Source: an uncultured Methanosarcinales archaeon | GTDB lineage: Archaea > Nanobdellota > Nanobdellia > Woesearchaeales > UBA12501 | Direction of reading: 5' to 3' | Length of the DNA stretch: 48,671 nucleotides | NCBI GenBank assembly: GCA_964397315.1 | Contig: CAYNHV010000006.1 | Coordinates: forward strand, 1 to 48,671 | In this document: one piece after another, positions 46,130 through 48,671 of the stretch | How positions within the stretch are numbered: position 1 is the first letter of the stretch | Layout: each line of letters opens with the position of its first letter | Translations under genes and position numbers: made by a program | The notes under the pieces: model-generated | Database searches by the model: none | The model's input: only the letters and a program-made list of their open reading frames with translations | What the model was told of the DNA's origin: nothing

Positions 46130-46836
46130 TCACGCGGGACATCAGGCTGCTCATTCCTGAAAATCATGTCTTTTCTTTTCCTGGTATATGTGTTATGAAA
46201 ATTTGTTCCGCAGAGCTCATCCATGCGGCATATGGCAGTCATGTGGGTTCTGCCGTATTTGACATGGTCTTCCACTACATGAGGACCCACATGGGCCGGC
46301 GCAAAATCAATATAAAGCAGATGCGAAGGGATGTTTTCCCTGGTGTAGTGCTCTCTTAGCGAGTTATAGAAATTTTCTGCAGCCCCCTTTCCAGGGCCAA
46401 AAAGAGAAAGCGCTGTCAGCGGATATCCCAGGGCCCATCCAATCTTTCTGTGGTCCCCTGCTTCAATGCTTTCCCTGAGACAATCATGAGCCTTGAGGTC
46501 AGCCCCCACTATAACCCTGACAGCATCGTCAGGGAGCCTTTCCCTGCTCATTTCAATGCCTGCCTTCTCAGTCACGTATGCTATGTCATTGATTATGCCT
46601 TCCGGCACACCCTCTACAGGAACATTGGGCATTGCATAATCATCAAACTCATCCCTCATCATTGCCTGTCTGGAATAGAAAGAAGGTGAGAGGTCTATTA
46701 TTGAAGCAGGCTTGACTTTACCCATTGTAAGAAGAAGGTTTTTGCCGTCTATTATGTCAAGATTCAGGTCTCCTGCCTCCTGAATCACATTCTTCATTCC
46801 ATTTATCCTTTCTGTGAGGGTTCTTAAAGCTCCCAT
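46126..46836 (-). CDS. Hypothetical protein (G..LGYP motif, possibly DUF483-like)
   Basis: Long ORF, ATG 46836 about 25 nt after a TATA-like run; KPAS and IGWALGYP motifs. Confidence 0.55.
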   Translation of the reverse strand: MGALRTLTERINGMKNVIQEAGDLNLDIIDGKNLLLTMGKVKPASIIDLSPSFYSRQAMMRDEFDDYAMPNVPVEGVPEGIINDIAYVTEKAGIEMSRERLPDDAVRVIVGADLKAHDCLRESIEAGDHRKIGWALGYPLTALSLFGPGKGAAENFYNSLREHYTRENIPSHLLYIDFAPAHVGPHVVEDHVKYGRTHMTAICRMDELCGTNFHNTYTRKRKDMIFRNEQPDVPRD

Positions 46837-46932
46837 AATAAAGCTTTGATTCTCACTACTTAAAAAATTTGCGCAGGAATTCTGTATATGGGCAGGCCGG
46901 AAAGGATTCTGAAACAAAGTCAAAAGCCGCTC

Positions 46933-47481
46933 TCAGAAGAGGTAGCCTTCATTAACCATTTCCGCGAAGTTATCCCTCTCCTGGAATGCCTTTCTGATGT
47001 CATCCCCCCGGTTATTGTTCACAACAAAGAACAGAGAGAAGGCAGAATAAGTCCTTTCTGTAAGTGACTGGGCAAAATCACCATCCTGCCTGTCATAGCA
47101 GGTATGCTGTGCTTTGGGATACATGATAACCCTGCCGTGCTCCTCAGGATCTGAAACAGACCTCACATCATATCCAATGACACCATCATCACCCATCATT
47201 GCTCTTTCCTCAAGGTCAGGCATTTTTTTGTAAATCTTATGAACATACTTTCTGGCTCCTTTATCAAACTCTTTTGACCTGAATACACGCCCTTCTCCCC
47301 CAGAGATTCTCTCATGCTCTGCAACAAAAAACAGCTCTTTCTGGCTGTAAAACTCACTAAGCATGCCAACTGTCTTCTCAAAAAGTGTCTTAAGGCCAGC
47401 ATTTCCCTCAACAAACAAGCTCGGCTTGGAGGCGTCTTTTCTTGCATTCATGTTAAGATATTTGAGTATCATCTCACTCAC
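46933..47481 (-). CDS. Hypothetical protein
   Basis: 182-aa ORF overlapping the GH15-like gene end; no motif recognised. Confidence 0.6.
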   Translation of the reverse strand: MSEMILKYLNMNARKDASKPSLFVEGNAGLKTLFEKTVGMLSEFYSQKELFFVAEHERISGGEGRVFRSKEFDKGARKYVHKIYKKMPDLEERAMMGDDGVIGYDVRSVSDPEEHGRVIMYPKAQHTCYDRQDGDFAQSLTERTYSAFSLFFVVNNNRGDDIRKAFQERDNFAEMVNEGYLF

Positions 47482-48484
47482 CTGCAGCTATCAGGAACAT
47501 TGCCTGGGCCCACCCAAGGGGGGTGTTCTCATTGTGCTCGTCGCTTCCTGCAAAGTAAAGCTCAGGCAGCTCATCATTGTCATTCATGGCATCAAGGGTT
47601 TTCTGCATGTAAAACCTGTACTTTGCCGTGTTTCCCATGCTCTTGTAGATTATTGCCAGCCATGGAAGGCCGAAGCACCATTCTGCCTCTCCCTCTTGGT
47701 TGTAGTACTGGTCATTCATATATCTTATTACCCCCCTGTTTCTCAGGAGCTTCTCCTCCACGTTCCTGAGTATCTGCTCCCTCTGCTCCTCAGTTACAAT
47801 GTCATAAGGGTAGATGAGGGAGAGCAGCGCAAGGTCTGTCTCTTTTGTCTCTGACTCCATTGGGAGCAGCTGGTCAAGCTTCTGCTTTCCCTTTTCTATG
47901 AGCCATTGAGGGACATTCACATATGAGGATATTCTCATCAGCCCTGCAACACATGCTCCTACTGAACTGGCATGAACTTCCTCGCTCTCCTCCCACATTC
48001 CATTATCAGCGTCATGCCAGTACTCAACAGAAGCAAGATAGTTAACAAGCTTCTGGACAATCATGTAGTCATCGCTGTCTCTCAGTATGATATTTCCCTT
48101 GTCCATCATGTCTGCTACCTTGAAAAGAAGAGCGCCTATTGCATCATTCTGCTTGTTGCCCCATTCCTCCCATATCTCCTCCATTGACCGGGCATCATAC
48201 CTGGCATGTATGTACTGGTATGCGTAGGCGGGCTTTGCTTTTATTGCCCAGTCTATCTTGGCCTCATGCTTCAGGAGTATGTCAAGAAGAGCGTGGTATG
48301 TCCTTACAGCAAGAACAGGGTCTATTGTCTCAAGCCCCATTGCCTCGTATATGTTATCCCTTATCCACGACCTGTCATAGCCTGTGCTGACTGTCCTGCT
48401 TGCTGCTGAGAAAAGCCCGTTAGGATGTCTTAGGTTATTGAGCACCTGGAAGGACTTCATTATTCTTGATGTGTTTAGCTGCAT
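47474..48484 (-). CDS. Glycoside hydrolase family 15-like / phosphorylase-kinase alpha/beta-like protein
   Basis: Y.RSWIRD, QNDA.G, D.GMWEE, D.ALL, RY..D.Y, LPELY, PL.WAQA; GGGGTG RBS. Confidence 0.85.
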   Translation of the reverse strand: MQLNTSRIMKSFQVLNNLRHPNGLFSAASRTVSTGYDRSWIRDNIYEAMGLETIDPVLAVRTYHALLDILLKHEAKIDWAIKAKPAYAYQYIHARYDARSMEEIWEEWGNKQNDAIGALLFKVADMMDKGNIILRDSDDYMIVQKLVNYLASVEYWHDADNGMWEESEEVHASSVGACVAGLMRISSYVNVPQWLIEKGKQKLDQLLPMESETKETDLALLSLIYPYDIVTEEQREQILRNVEEKLLRNRGVIRYMNDQYYNQEGEAEWCFGLPWLAIIYKSMGNTAKYRFYMQKTLDAMNDNDELPELYFAGSDEHNENTPLGWAQAMFLIAAGE

Positions 48485-48616
48485 GAAACCACCCCAATAC
48501 TTTTTTTAGTATTGGGGAGTGGTAGTATTACTCATATTTAAATCTTTCGTTTATTTATCACTTAAAAGTGACTAAAATACCTTAAAAATGCCAGAATCAC
48601 ATACAAGCCATATATG

Positions 48617-48655
48617 AAAATCATAAAAATCCGAGCAATCGCCTAACTGAAACAT
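48617..48655. repeat. Single arm of the 26003-26083 palindromic element
   Basis: 39 bp, exact reverse complement of 26045-26083. Confidence 0.85.
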
Positions 48656-48671
48656 AAAGGTTTCAAAACCA

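Overview
Archaeal chromosomal segment, most consistent with a DPANN (Woesearchaeota-like) genome. This is inferred from the split rpoA/rpoB genes, class I CCA enzyme, aCPSF1, proteasome beta, eL15/eL30, a DnaK/DnaJ/GrpE system and compact TATA-driven genes. Most of it is housekeeping: endonuclease IV, cca, hisS, map, aCPSF1-psmB, the rpoH-B''-B'-A'-A''-L30e-nusA-S12 operon, Rad50-like ATPase, ROK kinase and PGI/PMI, L15e, SlyD, NMN adenylyltransferase, an expanded hsp20-grpE...dnaK...dnaJ operon and a GH15-like hydrolase. Unusual parts: (1) an AT-rich, overlapping three-gene cassette (radical SAM + PRTase-fold + CYTH) that looks like an undescribed nucleotide-modifying module; (2) four tRNA genes with six introns, three at non-canonical positions (30/31 and twice 59/60); (3) a dispersed, structured ~170-200 nt non-coding element in two diverged copies; (4) an 81-bp MITE, palindromic repeats and three ~30-bp tandem duplications at or just after gene 3' ends; (5) an IS5-like transposase between two divergent promoters that share a GTTGA-N7-TCAAC palindrome; (6) several unannotated zinc-ribbon microproteins. 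All calls come from reading motifs by eye; no searches were run.
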